Positions 11,001-24,700 of a stretch of DNA of 64,000 nt are shown here, piece after piece. The stretch's first letter is position 1; each line of letters opens with the position of its first letter. The stretch lies in the NCBI RefSeq assembly GCF_001447785.1, contig NW_015174861.1, positions 424,136-488,135 on the forward strand. The letters are read 5' to 3'. The notes beneath the pieces were generated by a model. It saw only the letters and a program-made list of their open reading frames with translations, was not told the origin of the DNA and did not search any database. Made by a program: the position numbers and the translations under genes. Source of the DNA: Gekko japonicus. Taxonomy: Eukaryota.

Positions 11001-12010
11001 CTGGAAGAGGTAAGCTACATTTTAATGGAAAGCAGCTTATGTTTGAAAAGAGTATTCATTTGTCATCTACGGGTAACTAGCAGGGTCTCTGGACTGCATA
11101 TAAAACAGGAGGAATAGATGCATTAATTTTATCTGATTGTCCTTTCTTTAAAATTGATACAGGGGTTGGAGGAAAATAAAGTGGGAAATTAGGGGTTTCT
11201 TTTTAGGGTTCTGTAAAAACAACGTCCACCTACAGTTTGGCTTTTAAAGATAGTGTTCAGCTTTTGCATACTGGAGGTCTAATCACTTACTGGCACTGAG
11301 AGTCCAAACCTATGGCTTGATTTAAAGGCATTGCCAAGTGAGGGAGAAAGATCTCCTATCAGAGTTTTCCTAATATGCATGCTTTTTAGGAGCTAGTAAC
11401 CTTTGGGATACCATGAAAAAGGTTGGTAGACACAGATATTCCTTGTAGATGTCTGAACCAGTAAACTCAGATTTTCTCCCTGGACCATGTAAATGGCAAA
11501 ACTAAATCTGACTTCAATACATATATATATATGTATATATAAACATGATTTTTGATGCATTATATTTTTCAGATTTCTTCTGTAGTATCCAGACTTCCTG
11601 AAGCAGATTTTTATGTTTTGGAAAAAAATGGACTTTCTGTTTTGAATGCAAATCTGTTTCCAGTGATGTTGCATCTTCGTACAGTAGAAGCTATGCTGTA
11701 TGCATTGTTACATAAAGCATTTGCAGAAGAGGGCCAGCATAAAGTACTAAGTATGGCTCGAATTTTTTTAGGGAAACACTTTGGGTTGATGGTGGGAGAA
11801 TCACGGACTAGTGGAATAGATCTTGTAAAACAGCTTCTCTTAGAATCTGTTACACTTGCTGAGCCTCGTGTGAATTTTCCAAGAGAGACAGTGGTGAGTT
11901 ACCAAAACCTGTTGTCTGCAAACAAGCCAAGGCGAGATGAGGAACTGTGTGATTCATTGCTACAAGCAGTAGCTTTTTATGAGATTTTAACAATGAACAA
12001 CAACACTTAA
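7968..12010 (+). CDS. TEFM: Transcription elongation factor, mitochondrial; exons 7968-8004, 9618-10078, 10860-11009, 11573-12010 (361 aa)
   Basis: HhH region (LQQLNLATVEEL...LLRGRKSINVIEYR) and RuvC/RNase H-like region (IVSVVFGTRRIAWAH, ADFYVLEK, EELCDSLLQAVAFYE); all junctions GT-AG and in phase; synteny with ATAD5. Confidence 0.95.
9618..10078 (+). CDS. TEFM: TEFM exon 2
   Basis: ttttcccccctag| acceptor, AAG|gtattc donor, HhH domain. Confidence 0.93.
10860..11009 (+). CDS. TEFM: TEFM exon 3
   Basis: ctttcag| to GAG|gtaagc; SANSIVSVVFGTRRIAWAH. Confidence 0.93.
11573..12010 (+). CDS. TEFM: TEFM exon 4
   Basis: tttttcag|ISSVVSRLPEADFYVLEK through to TAA. Confidence 0.93.
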   Translation: MSSVVSRLPEADFYVLEKNGLSVLNANLFPVMLHLRTVEAMLYALLHKAFAEEGQHKVLSMARIFLGKHFGLMVGESRTSGIDLVKQLLLESVTLAEPRVNFPRETVVSYQNLLSANKPRRDEELCDSLLQAVAFYEILTMNNNT

Positions 12011-13554
12011 ATCTTTCTAGATTTCCTTGACCACCTTCTCTTGTTTGGTTTATGGCATCTACGGTAATTTGGCAATGTTAATTAAATTTTTATACATTGA
12101 GTCTATACTATAGCCCAAGAAGCATATACCTTCAGCAGTGGCGAAGCCATGATCGTAACAGGGGGAAAAAGCTATTAAGAGCTAATATAAAATTTACAAA
12201 TATAAAAATCTAGTCACACTGTACAGCTCTATGGTTCTATGAAAAATCAAAACAAGGTTTGCCACTGTGGGTAGTATTACAGTTGTATGTAAATTTATTT
12301 AGAAGTGGTATGTTTGAGCCCACAAGGTTAAAAAAAAATTCATAGATCATATTTAAGGTAGTAACATTGCTACTGAATTATGTAAAATGGATACTATTGT
12401 TTGTCAGTTGCCTGAATGCAAATTTAAGAGTATATTATGGTTTACTTTAAGCAGGATGGCTGGGTTACATTTTTATCCCTCTGTTGCTGCAGAGAGCTGG
12501 TGTTTGTATGAGGGGTTCTCTTGTCTGTTATCTCTAACAACCTTGCAAAATAGGCTAGGCTGAGACTGAGCTTCACAAGTGAGTGGAGATTTGAATAGTC
12601 ATAACTCCGTCCCACATGAGAAGAGTGCATAGAGTCTTATGGTGCCTTGTTTAACTTCTAGTTCGTTATGTTCAGAGTGGGCTTCAGTATTCATTAACAC
12701 CATGTGTATACACAGCCTTATTCCCCAGAAATACACAAATATTTTGAGACTCTGTTGAGTACTGAAAGTTAACTGTACAACTTATTAAGTACCATTGCTA
12801 ACATGTATAGGCGAGAGGCCTCATGTAATGATCATATCCTACCATACCTAACAACTCATTGTGCTAGTTGGTACCAATATTTCTAGAGATGTGAAGGCCC
12901 AGAAACCTTTTCCCTGAAGTCCCTTTTACAATTTTTCCATTGGAAAATGTTTGGGAAATAAAGCTCCTACAAAGTATTTTCTCTTAGGATGAGTGAAACG
13001 CTTTTAAAGACAAGGTGGGCATGCTGTAGCCATATACAGCTCTTAAATCCAAGATGTGTTTCTGCACCTAGGACACCTAATCTTCATGAGGGGAGCATGT
13101 AGGGCTTTCATTGCATCTCAGGTGTTGCATGCCTTCTGTTGACCTTTCGACCTGACTTTTTTGTGGTTGATTTTTTTAATCTCAACATTAAACCACTGTG
13201 ACAGACATTTACAGAATGGGTAACAAAGTTTATTGCCCTCCCGTGCTGGATGGGATGGGAACTGAGCTCTAACACAGGGGTATCGAACTCATTTGTTACA
13301 AGGGCTGGATCTGACATAAGTGTCACTTTCTTGGGCCAGGCCATGCGTGCCATGAAATGTAACATAAGGTACCTGAGATATAAAATTTATAAAGATGATT
13401 TTAGATGCTGAATGGCAAGAGCAGGTGTTACTGGATTAGGTGTGATATGCAGAGGTGTGGGCATACCACCATTGGTGATGAGACAGGAAACCTAGGTCTC
13501 AGTTTGGTACAGAAGGATTCAGTCCAGGAGGATGCAAAGAATAAATGGAAATAG

Positions 13555-14015
13555 GTCTGGAGAAGTGAGCAGTGACTTACAAAAGCACATACCCTACCAC
13601 AATTTTGTTAATCTTGAAAGGTGTTACTGGATTCTTTCTACTGCTATTAGAAACCACAGCATTAAAAAAAAACCAGTGGGTGAACATTTTAACCTTCCAG
13701 AGGGCATTCAGTTGCTGACCTAAGAGTAGCAGTTCTCTTACAAAGGAATTTCAAAGGGAGATTAGAAAGAGAGACTGCTGAATTGTAACTGATCCCAAAG
13801 CTCAAGACAATGCAAACTCCTGGACTGAACTGAGACCTAGGTTTCTTCTCTCATTACCAATGCCTGTCATTGTCATTTGGTGTCTGAAATCACTTCCAAG
13901 ATATAAGGGCAGATGGACTCACATTCTAGCTGTATCTGAAGAACTGAGCAGTGACTCATGAAAGCTCATGCCCTGCTACAAGTTAATCATTAAGATGCTG
14001 CTGGACTCTTGCTCC
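13555..14015 (+). mobile_element. Penelope-like element remnant: GIY-YIG endonuclease C-terminal fragment between two hammerhead-bearing terminal repeats
   Basis: IRNHSIKKKPVGEHFNLP..HSVADLRVAVLLQRNFKGRLERETAEL...GLN.DLGF (13646-13860, with stops and a frameshift); related repeats at 13555-13645 and 13931-14015. Confidence 0.8.
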
Positions 14016-14209
14016 TGTGCTATTAGGTTCCTCTCCCCCCTTCACCTGTTGGAAAGGGGGATCTCTTCAAGTGCCCTGGGACTTGCTCTCTCTGGCTCTT
14101 TCCCACCCGCTCTTTGAAGTGTGCTGCCACACAAAAGCTTATATCTGGAATAAAATGTTGTTGGTCTTAAATACAGTACTCTCTCTTTGGTGTGCTCTCT
14201 GGCTCTTTC

Positions 14210-14385
14210 NNNNNNNNNNNNNNNNNNNNNNNNNNNNNNNNNNNNNNNNNNNNNNNNNNNNNNNNNNNNNNNNNNNNNNNNNNNNNNNNNNNNNNNNNNN
14301 NNNNNNNNNNNNNNNNNNNNNNNNNNNNNNNNNNNNNNNNNNNNNNNNNNNNNNNNNNNNNNNNNNNNNNNNNNNNNNNNNNNNN
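14210..14385. other. Assembly gap
   Basis: Run of N. Confidence 1.
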
Positions 14386-15662
14386 CCGAATACCCCCCCC
14401 CCCCCCCCCCCCGTCTCTCTGGCTCTTTCAATCGAAGGAAGGCTTTCGTTCTCTCCTCTGAAGCAGCACAGAGTTACTTGCTCTCAAGCTGGATCTGGCC
14501 CATGGTCCGTATGTTTGACAACCCTGCTGTAACCAGTAGCCACAAAGGGGGAAAGGCAGCGTATAACTGAAACTAAGGTACACTTGTTAAGGTATTATCA
14601 GCTTGTAGTTTTCTCTGAAGTGTTGGGTATATTTGCAGTTTTGATTGTACAAGACTAAGGGATGTATAACTTTTTAAATAACATAAATATTACAATTTTA
14701 TATGCAGTTATAAGATGAACACAATAAGAAGACTGAGATTTTAAGTCAAGTCACTCTACAATTAAATGTGTAGAACCATCTGTCGGTCACTTCTGGCATA
14801 CAACAAATAACTTCAGAAATGCTTGACAATCTGCACAATACAGTATTAATCCTGTAAGACATCTGTTACACGAGCATGCTGCTGCTTTAGAAAGATGATT
14901 CACATAACTCATACAAGAAATCTTTGCTTTCAGATGGGGTACTATGGGATATTTCAGCCAGTAATGGGAAATGTGTTTTGAATGGGGTTGAAGAAAACAC
15001 TAAAGTACTTTCACATTTATACGGATGATTTTATACCACCAGTTTAACATTTTTTTTTTAATCTAAAGATACCCTACACCAAAGCCTCATCCAGGTATTT
15101 ATTACTTCATTGCAGGTACAAAAAGAAATGCCACCGAGACTGGTAAAATATAAAATACAGTATAAAATATTCAGAATTACATATAAATACTACTACAACC
15201 CCCAATAACTGCTGATATAAAAGCATGCCTTACACAGAACTGATGCTTCACAATAGAATATCTCAGCATATTGGAGACAAATCTATTACACAGACACAGC
15301 TATAAAACCAAATTTAGTTTAATTGCAAGAGATTTCAATCATTTGACTAGTATTTTCTAGGAAATAGAACATTTATGAGGAAATTGGAAGAGTGGCTTAA
15401 ATATGTCACCTGCTGCTAAACGTGCAACTGGCCACAGAAATAGCTCCTTAAAAACCGAAGCCACATACTGAAAGGTTAAAGTTTATCCAGTTGTTATTTG
15501 AACACTGCTGGTGTAGATTTCAGTACAATAAGAAAGTTTAGCACCATTACAGTACATATATACAATTTTGTGTTTTTAAATAGAATCAAAATATAAACAG
15601 AACTTTGAATATACATTTAAAATGATTTTATATGTACAAAGGCGTTCATGGCATCAACCACT

Positions 15663-15741
15663 TTAAGGAAAGTCAGCTGCCAGACTGCTCAAAACTTCTC
15701 GTGGAAAATCACAGTGAATTCCTTCAAGGTAATGGAGAAAT
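15663..15741 (-). CDS. ATAD5: ATAD5 exon 23 (last coding exon)
   Basis: FLHYLEGIHCDFPREVLSSLAADFP followed by TAA. Confidence 0.92.
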
Positions 15742-18700
15742 CTGGTTGACAAAAAAATATATACATTTTAAAAGGACAAAAGCAGTTGTGTTAGGATAGG
15801 AATTTAGAATGCAGGATTATGAACTGACAATTTCCCATCCATGCTATTAAATGCAATTTAAGACTCTCCGACACACACATATTGCTATAGCAAAAGCTTA
15901 CCTTCTTTTTGTTTTTCCTTGTTCTTTCTGCATCTCTGACTTACAGATGTTGCGGAGAGTAGGCAAGTATTCTATAATACTGGCTTGTCTGCTGCTCAAA
16001 TTGAAAGGAGTTCTATTGGAAAAGGCAGCTTTGATTATTTCCAACCTCTTCTGGGCTTTTTCATGAATGCTGTGGAAGAAAAGCACATTGTTTCTTATCC
16101 CATTTCTAGGTTAACGAGAAAGATAACCCAGAAGATTTTAAGTTTTGTTATGTGTGCCCATCCATTGTACAATCAGTGATTTGGGTTCCATGCCTCTCTG
16201 CTACTTGGAGGGAGGGGGTGTCTGCTGTTCCCAGGAGCTACCTTTCAGGGGGCATTTGGGCCTACTTTGAGAGCTGAGAAAGTAGTGCTTCACAGAAAAA
16301 ATCCACCCACAGAAAAACTACCGGAGAGTTCTGAAACTTTAGAAGCCAATGCTAGTAGTACCCACATCCCAAATATACTATGATAATTTTTAAGCATGGC
16401 AGTCTATAAAACTTGTGCTAATTAAACAAGCCTCCAGAATAATGCCAAATCTCACTATCGATTCAAGTCACTTTAACTGGACATAACCCCAATGGATGTT
16501 CAGGCCCCTTACAAAGTGGGAGTTATCTTGATTTATGAAGGTAACACCTAACAATGTAATTTCATTTAACCTAGTCTCCAAAATAAGTCATGGTAAGATA
16601 ACAATCTTTGAATATCTGCAGCTGACGTTACCTGTCCAAAAGTATTTCTAGACATTTATTATGTAGACTTAACACCAATAATAGACCAAAGTTTCAACTT
16701 AAGTGGAATATGGATCTCGGTGGTGGCCAGTGTTCCCTCTAAGCTGAGTTATTGTGAGCTAGCTCACAGTTTTTAGCTTCTGGCTCACACATTTTTGTCT
16801 TAGCTCAGGAAGGATGGCTCCAGAGCAAACTAATTTATGCAGCAGCCAAATCACTCACAACTTTAATGCCACTAGCTCACAAAGTAGAGTTTTTGCTCAC
16901 AAGACTCCACGGCTTAGAGGGAGCATTGGTGGTGACATCTCTGAAGAAGCTTGGAAATATGGATTTTCATACAGATCTTCTTTCTTAGTATGTCTTTTAA
17001 AGAAACTATCATGAAGATGGTACACCAGTGGCACTTTATGCCACAGAAATAAGCCAGAATCTTCAAATTATGTGTTGCTATTGTAAATCTTCAGATGTAG
17101 ATTTCATGCACACATGGAAAATAGTTGATATACCAAAACAGGGCTTGGGTATTGATGTTACACTGAGACCAGAAACATCATTAGTCAATCATGTTTAAAA
17201 GGTCCCTGAAAGGTATCAGGGGACACTTGATAACAGCAGCTAGTTATAGATTGGGGGAAAAAAAATCAAACTTTTTAATAACGAGTAACTGCTGATCCAA
17301 AGGGAGCTGATGCACAGCACGTAGAATCATTATGAAAACCTTTAATTGAATGGGTAAAAACAAATAGTGGGTAATGGCTCATGTTCTTTTTGGCTTGACT
17401 GGTGGTTAACAAGTGAATATCTTAATATTGTTGAGAAGCTTTTTAAAGCATGTTGTGCTTTGTAAATCTACAGCAAATTTGAAGTGCTTTGTACTGACAA
17501 ACTTTTAGAAGAAAATGCAGTCTCTTTTGCTATTGTACTATTCTGTGGGCATCTAAGCACACATCTGTATATATTTTGAACTTTTGAACTTGAAGTCTTT
17601 TGAACTTACCTGGAATTAGCTGACAACTGACCAAAGTGTAAATTGGTCTGCTCTTTGGAAATACAGAGTGTAAGTTCTTCAAATCCATCTTTTCCAGCAT
17701 TCAAACACCTTTGCATGGCTTTTGAAACATCGTTAGAACATTTCTTGAAGGCCAGTGCCTCCATAGCTGCTTTCAATTCACTGCTGTTTTTGGAACTCCA
17801 CCAATCTGTGCGCTCCTCACTAAAGTCATCGGACAGCCCATGTTTTATTTTGCCTTTTGTCCAAATAAATTCCTCATATTTACAAGATTGCTTTGATTTT
17901 TGAGTCTTATTATTTAAGCAATAGTCTAAGAGAGACATATTTTCCTCAAATTCCGCTAATGAATTTAGGCACTGGAATGCATGAGCTGAGCCTTTTGCTT
18001 CTGTCATTCCACTGCTCAATGTTATTGTGCTATCAGTTGCAGGTTTCAGTCCACCTTTTTCTTCTTCCATGCATGAGGTAGATACATCAGATGGCACAGT
18101 GATGAGCCCAGAATAGTTCAGCTCACTCTCAAATAAATCACTATCATCCAACAGAGCCATTTTTCTCCGGTGCTTGGTCTGTTTAGACTTTTTCATTGGG
18201 CTGGCTTCCTCCAAGCAGTCACCATCAAGGGGTGCATGATTTGATTTTTTTTCTGTGATTGTTTTAAGTGGAAGGTTCACCATCTGAGCTGGTTTTGAAA
18301 GTACAGTAACTGGTAATGGTAAAGTTAACTCAAGGTTACTATAAATAAAGTCTACATTCTTCACCTGGAATTCTGTGAGGAGATGAATTAGCTTACTCCA
18401 TTCTTCTTTGGATGTGATTTCATGCTGTGAAAAATGGAAATAAGTAATGATTTTACATTAATAGATTTGAAGCGCATCCAATTCTAAAAACTGCAAGAAA
18501 TAGCTAATTCTTAAAATGGACCCAACAGCTATTCCACAGTTATCATCAATACAAGATTAATATATTTTTAGCTTAAGCAGGAACCTTCGGATTTAAAAAT
18601 TCCCTAGAAGTGGATCTTTTAAGGTTTTTTTAAAAAGGTATTTTCTAAGCACCATCATAGTTGTTCCCCCCCAATTCATTCCACCTGTATGAGGCTTAAA

Positions 18701-21700
18701 TTCAAGAGCATATTAACCTGAAAAAGAAACTATTTGTGTTAATAAGGTTAATCAATATCTACAGTAATTCATGCCTTTAAAGCATCTTTAAGATGTTATA
18801 AGACTTTTTGATGTAATTGTACTAGTAATTCTCTTATGATGATGCATACTGAGATGGAGGTACTGAACAATGAACAGACCATTTTAATAAACATTTGGGC
18901 TCATTTTCTGGAAAGCCATTGTCAATCAACAACTTGTAATGATTGGGTAACTAACTTGTACCACTGTAAGTATACCTTAAGAAATGAGAGCAAGTCTTCT
19001 GAAGGCAGAAAAATGTTCTTCAGGCCAAGCAAGCTTTCAATGCAGCCAGTGTCACACTTTGGAATTTTTAAGAGAGGCAGCTCAGTAGTCTTACAACTAG
19101 CAGGATCATCAGTGCACGTAATCTGCTCCATGCCACATGCCTTCTTGTTTCCTCCTAACAAAAGTTTTAAGTTAAACACACAGAAATGATAAACTATGAT
19201 AGCTGTATAGCAAGTTCAACCATTTTATTCAAAGCAAGCAATTCCTAGCATAGTTTTAAATACAACTATTTCAAATACAGAGTTTCTTTTCTCTATGAGA
19301 TGGCTGTTTGCTTCTGCAAGTCTAAACTGCTCTTCTTGCAGCTTCACTCTGTCATCTCAACCACTGCCCAAGTAGTCTGACTCCTCCCGCCAACATAGCA
19401 GCCATATATGAAAGACCAAGAGGAAGCAGGGTGAGCAGGCAGGCAAAAAAACCCCCATGCCTGCTACTGGTTAAGCTCAATTGACCCACCACCTCTCTCT
19501 GTAAGCATAAATATGTTTATTTATAAAAACCGAATTTGCTGTATTTTATAGTTGTTATACAGGGCTCCAATCAAAAAGCGGAACTCTAACATTCCAAATT
19601 GTTTCTTACTTCCATCAAATATAAAATACAAATTGCATATCATTGTTTTCCACATCTCCATTATATTATGTATCAGTACCTTCCACTGAACCTCAGTATT
19701 CCACATTCCTGCAAATTTCATCTTATTTCCAGTTCTTTACACATCTACTGTCCAACTAGGGACTCATTTAGAAAATAAAATCTTGTTTCCAAATGTATCT
19801 CAAAACGTTGTGAACCAGAACTGCCTGAATATATTACTGAAAAGCTGAAGACATTGTGAGAGTAATATGTAGATAGATTTAAGGTTTTTCCCCTCTATTA
19901 CTAAGTCATACTTACCATGAAGCACTATTTTTTTTCCTTTCAGATAGCCACCTCCACTCCTAACCCAGAACTGTAAATGGAGAATACTTTGTCTGATATC
20001 ACAATTATTTGTAGTTAGCAAAGCAGACAAGTCACCTATATCTGTTCGTAAGTTCTCAGCCAAACACAGAACTTGGAGGTAGCTAGCAACGTTTACCTAA
20101 AATAAAATGATTAGAAATTAACAATACTTAATGTTTAAAAAAAGAAACAGAAGCACTTACTTTTACATGGGTTGGATCTAAGCTCCCACAAATTAAAAGG
20201 ATTTGTGGAAATGGATCATTCTTGCCTTTTCCTTCCTTCAGCATAAAGCTACTGCTGAGGATGGGGGTGGTCTTGAGAACAATGTCATGTGGCACAAGAA
20301 GCTACAGCAAGAAGAGGGAACCGGACAAAATCACCCTGCCTTGCATGAGAGGAAAGGAAAACAAAGTTGTCCTGTTCTCCTTCCTTGCCACATGGCAATT
20401 ATTCTTAACTAGGAATAAGGCTCATTGTGGAAATAAATACAACAAGCTCTAGAAAAAGGCTCTGGGAGAGTGCCAAGGCCTTGGGCACTCAGCGTTAATT
20501 TGCTGTGGTGACCTCAGCAGGGTATAATGACACAGAGTCCACCATTTTCTCCAGAGGAACTGATCTTTGCTACCTGAAGAGCAGTTGTAATTTTGAGTGA
20601 TCTCCACCCCTCACCTGGACATTGGCAACAATGGTTCCCCCAGGAGGAAATGGCTGGTTTGGAGGATGGAGTCTATGGCATTGTACCTGTCTGAGGTCCC
20701 ATCCCTCCTCAAACCACACCCTCTCCAGGTTCCATCCCTCAAATCTCCAGGAATTTCCCACCTGGAGCTGGCAACCCTATCTCCTTCCCAGCCAATTATC
20801 AACCTACTTCCATTTCCCCCTCACTCTTTAGCTTTCCATCTCCCCCTCCACCTGCAGCCTGTTCCGTGCTCTGAAGCCCTGACTGCCATGTCACATTGGC
20901 TGTCATGGGGGGGGGGGATCTCAGCAGGGTATAAGGACACAACCATTTTCTCCAGGGGAGGGGAACTGATGTCTGCCATCTGGAGAGCAGCTGTAATTCT
21001 GAGTGATCTCCAACTCTCATCTGGAGATTGGCAATAATGGTTTCTCAGGAGGAAAAGTAGTCTTTCTCTGCAATGGGGACCAAAGCAGATTACATCATTC
21101 TCCTCCCCCTCTTTTGACTTGCACAACCCTGTGAGGTAGGTTAGACTGAAAGTCTGTGACTGGTCCAAAATCACCCACTCAGCTTCTACAGCAAGAACCT
21201 AGATCTAGCAGACCCTACTCTGAAGCACTGAATGCTACGCCTAGGGTAGCCAACCTCCAGGTGGAGCCTGAAGATCACCAGGTATCACAACTGAACTCCA
21301 GACAACAGATCTCCCCCCCCCGGAGAAAATAACTGCTTTGNNNNNNNNNNNNNNNNNNNNNNNNNNNNNNNNNNNNNNNNNNNNNNNNNNNNNNNNNNNN
21401 NNNNNNNNNNNNNNNNNNNNNNNNNNNNNNNNNNNNNNNNNNNNNNNNNNNNNNNNNNNNNNNNNNNNNNNNNNNNNNNNNNNNNNNNNNNNNNNNNNNN
21501 NNNNNNNNNNNNNNNNNNNNNNNNNNNNNNNNNNNNNNNNNNNNNNNNNNNNNNNNNNNNNNNNNNNNNNNNNNNNNNNNNNNNNNNNNNNNNNNNNNNN
21601 NNNNNNNNNNNNNNNNNNNNNNNNNNNNNNNNNNNNNNNNNNNNNNNNNNNNNNNNNNNNNNNNNNNNNNNNNNNNNNNNNNNNNNNNNNNNNNNNNNNN

Positions 21701-24700
21701 NNNNNNNNNNNNNNNNNNNNNNNNNNNNNNNNNNNNNNNNNNNNNNNNNNNNNNNNNNNNNNNNNNNNNNNNNNNNNNNNNNNNNNNNNNNNNNNNNNNN
21801 NNNNNNNNNNNNNNNNNNNNNNNNNNNNNNNNNNNNNNNNGCCCCAATGAGTTCCTCACAACAGCCACTGAGGGGAAAGTTAGTCCCACACAGGAGGCAA
21901 GCAGGAGAAATGTCTTCGTCAAGAGAGAAAGCTGTTTGCCAGTAATTCTGACAGGGCACAGTGGCTGAAGGGGGAGTGGGCAGGGAAGAGAAGCAGACCC
22001 AGCCCCCAGCCAATGGCATGCGAGTACTTTTGAGTGGCAGCTGATGGGCCAATGGCTGAGGGAGCACATTGCACAGCCAATGGGAGAGCTGCAAAGTGCC
22101 ACTCCACAATTATATATAATGAGAAATGGTCAATCAACACTGGATTTAATCCCCTGTGGACAAACAGTGACTATCACCTAGTGTTCTCAAGACTGTCCAT
22201 TTCTGGAATATATTTTAAGCACTATTCACATTAGCCAAATGTGCAAGTAAATATTTTATTTCTAGAAAATATTCTAATGACTAAAAATTAATTTTGATGC
22301 ATGCTGCATTATTTTAAAACCTCTGCTGTCATTGAGGAATTGTTATGCAAAGTTAGCAAGATCAATCATTGCTGGTACAACAGAAATGATGAGATGAACG
22401 CACAACAGCCCAGGCCAGAGGGTGTCTGAACAGCCTTGCATATATTTAAAGAAATTAATCAAGCTTACCTAAGTTAAAATACATTAACATTGATTCATAT
22501 GAGCAAAATAGACTACAAAGTGCTTTTGTACAATAAAAAATTGTACAATTATTACAGAATTACTTACATATAAACTTTTAACAATCTACAAATTAAACTG
22601 TTGTTGCAATAATGATCCATACACTGTTTTCTGTTGTACTAAAGGAATCTTCCATTCCAAAAACTGAAAGACTTACCAAAGAAGGAACAGTGAAGGTGAT
22701 TTCCTCGAACAAGCCATCAAATATTAAGCTGAATGATGGATCTATAGGGAAAAAGTCACAGCTTTTAAGAACAACTTTTCTTCTCAGAGAGAATCAAAAT
22801 ATCTAGAACATAAATGTAGCCCTTATCAATATTATAAATAAAAGTTACAAGAAATTACAAAAATAAATAAAAGAAAATCAGGAGGCAGGGTCACAAGGGG
22901 AAAAGATAAGTCAATTTGCAGTGCTTCCCAGTCCAAACAACTCCTGACTTTAGCATTATTCCAGAGAACAAGTAGCAGAAATAAATGCAACACACATATA
23001 TGCATTAGCAAAACAGTTTGCTTAGGGAAGGAAATTGCATCTGAAACACAGGGATAGAGGAAGACAGAGGTAGAAAATGAGAGATGAGTTGCAGGCAGAT
23101 CAGTGGAGAAAGAGAAGGGATAACTAATTATGCTGTAGAAGGAAGAGAAGCAGTCATGCTGCTTCCAAAAAAGAGCAGTCAGACATTTCTAGCATGTACA
23201 TGAGCGAGGTATGAAAGTTACAGCCTTTCCTTACTGTTATTCTCCAAGATTCTGAGCAGAAAAATAGCCAGAGGGAGAAGGTTAAACAGCCTCCCCTTCT
23301 CTTTAAGACTGTGGTCTCCTAAAATGCTTCTGGTTTAAAGGGATGGGAGAGGAATCTATAGAACTGCCTCATGTAGTTTCAAGGCCAAATCTTTTTGAAT
23401 GCAGTGGGACTCTCAGAATAACTATGCATACATGATAAAGATGTCAATTCCATTAGGCCATGCATTGCAGCACACTGCCTCCAGAGGATCCGACTTGTCT
23501 CAGTACTCAAGACGATGGTGATCCTCTATCACAGTTATGTTTCCATGACAAGTATGGAGACTTGAGCACATAGAAACAGGAGGAGGCTTAGACTTGGAAT
23601 CCAGTTACAACATCAGAAACAAATTAGCAATAAGAAGGATCTTTATTCAGTACAGAGCTTAGCATAGACTACCAGAGATTACAAAAATAACAAAGGCTAG
23701 GGCTGTTTGCCTTAACTAAACATTAATGATTCATAGTTACCACGTCAGGAGTATTCCTCAGTCCAAGATAGTCCAAGTACCAAGGGATTTTGAAGGGAAA
23801 TCCCATTTTTGCACAGCCATGTGCTCCAAGTCACAAAGCAACTCTTTGTCTCTCAAGAGGCAGCATTTCAGGTACAATAAAACAGACAATGACAAGAGGA
23901 GGAAGGGAGCTAAGCAAGAGAGCTCACTCTCATAGGGATCAAACAATTATACCCCAATTCCAGTCACAAATTAGATGTGACCATCAGCCAATTGTGAGTG
24001 GGCATGGGTGTGCCCAATTGTTGGTTGTCATAGCTGCAACATAGGATTGGCTAGAAGTTTGGAGCCCCTCCTGCAGTCAGGTGACCCAAACTCCAGCTAC
24101 TTCATTGTGTACGTGACTGGTCGCATGTGGGCCAGAAAGTGTAGCCATGAGGTCTGGTGTTTGGCATGAAAGTGTGAAAGAATGTGGGTTTATGGCATGG
24201 CTATTGAGGCCATGTGGCCTCACCAATTGGCTTGCAACAGGAAACAAGACACAGCATGTTATCAAAAGACACCACAGGAGAAGGCATGTGAATATAGAAC
24301 CAATATTTCTATACAGACCATATGTCAGAAGTGACTTGGTGGCATATAACACACACACGCACACACTTTTAAACATCTATTCAAAGACAACTTGGAGAGA
24401 CTGGCTTGACAATCAGATCTGGAACAGTGATGGAAAAGCTTATCTTACATTTTCCTCAAAAAAATCTAGCTCAGCACCAGGGAGTGTTCTTTTAAAGGTA
24501 GCAGCAGTGACCAACTTTACCCTGACCTGGCACAGAACTTAACCTCTGCAATACAATCTCTAGTAATCTCTCAACTGGACATCAGTAACTTTAGATGGGG
24601 CTTTCCTTAAGGACATTTGGGAGGTACAGTTGGTTCGGAAGACAGCAGCCTGATTAACTGCTGGTGTTAGCTGCAGAGAACATATTACTCTAGTTTCCCA

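Noticed and set aside
14017-14570. ORFs spanning the first N gap, and ctctctggctctttc repeated on both sides of it
   Set aside because: Artefacts of the assembly gap.
21275-22109. Long X-containing ORFs
   Set aside because: Created by the 500-N gap.
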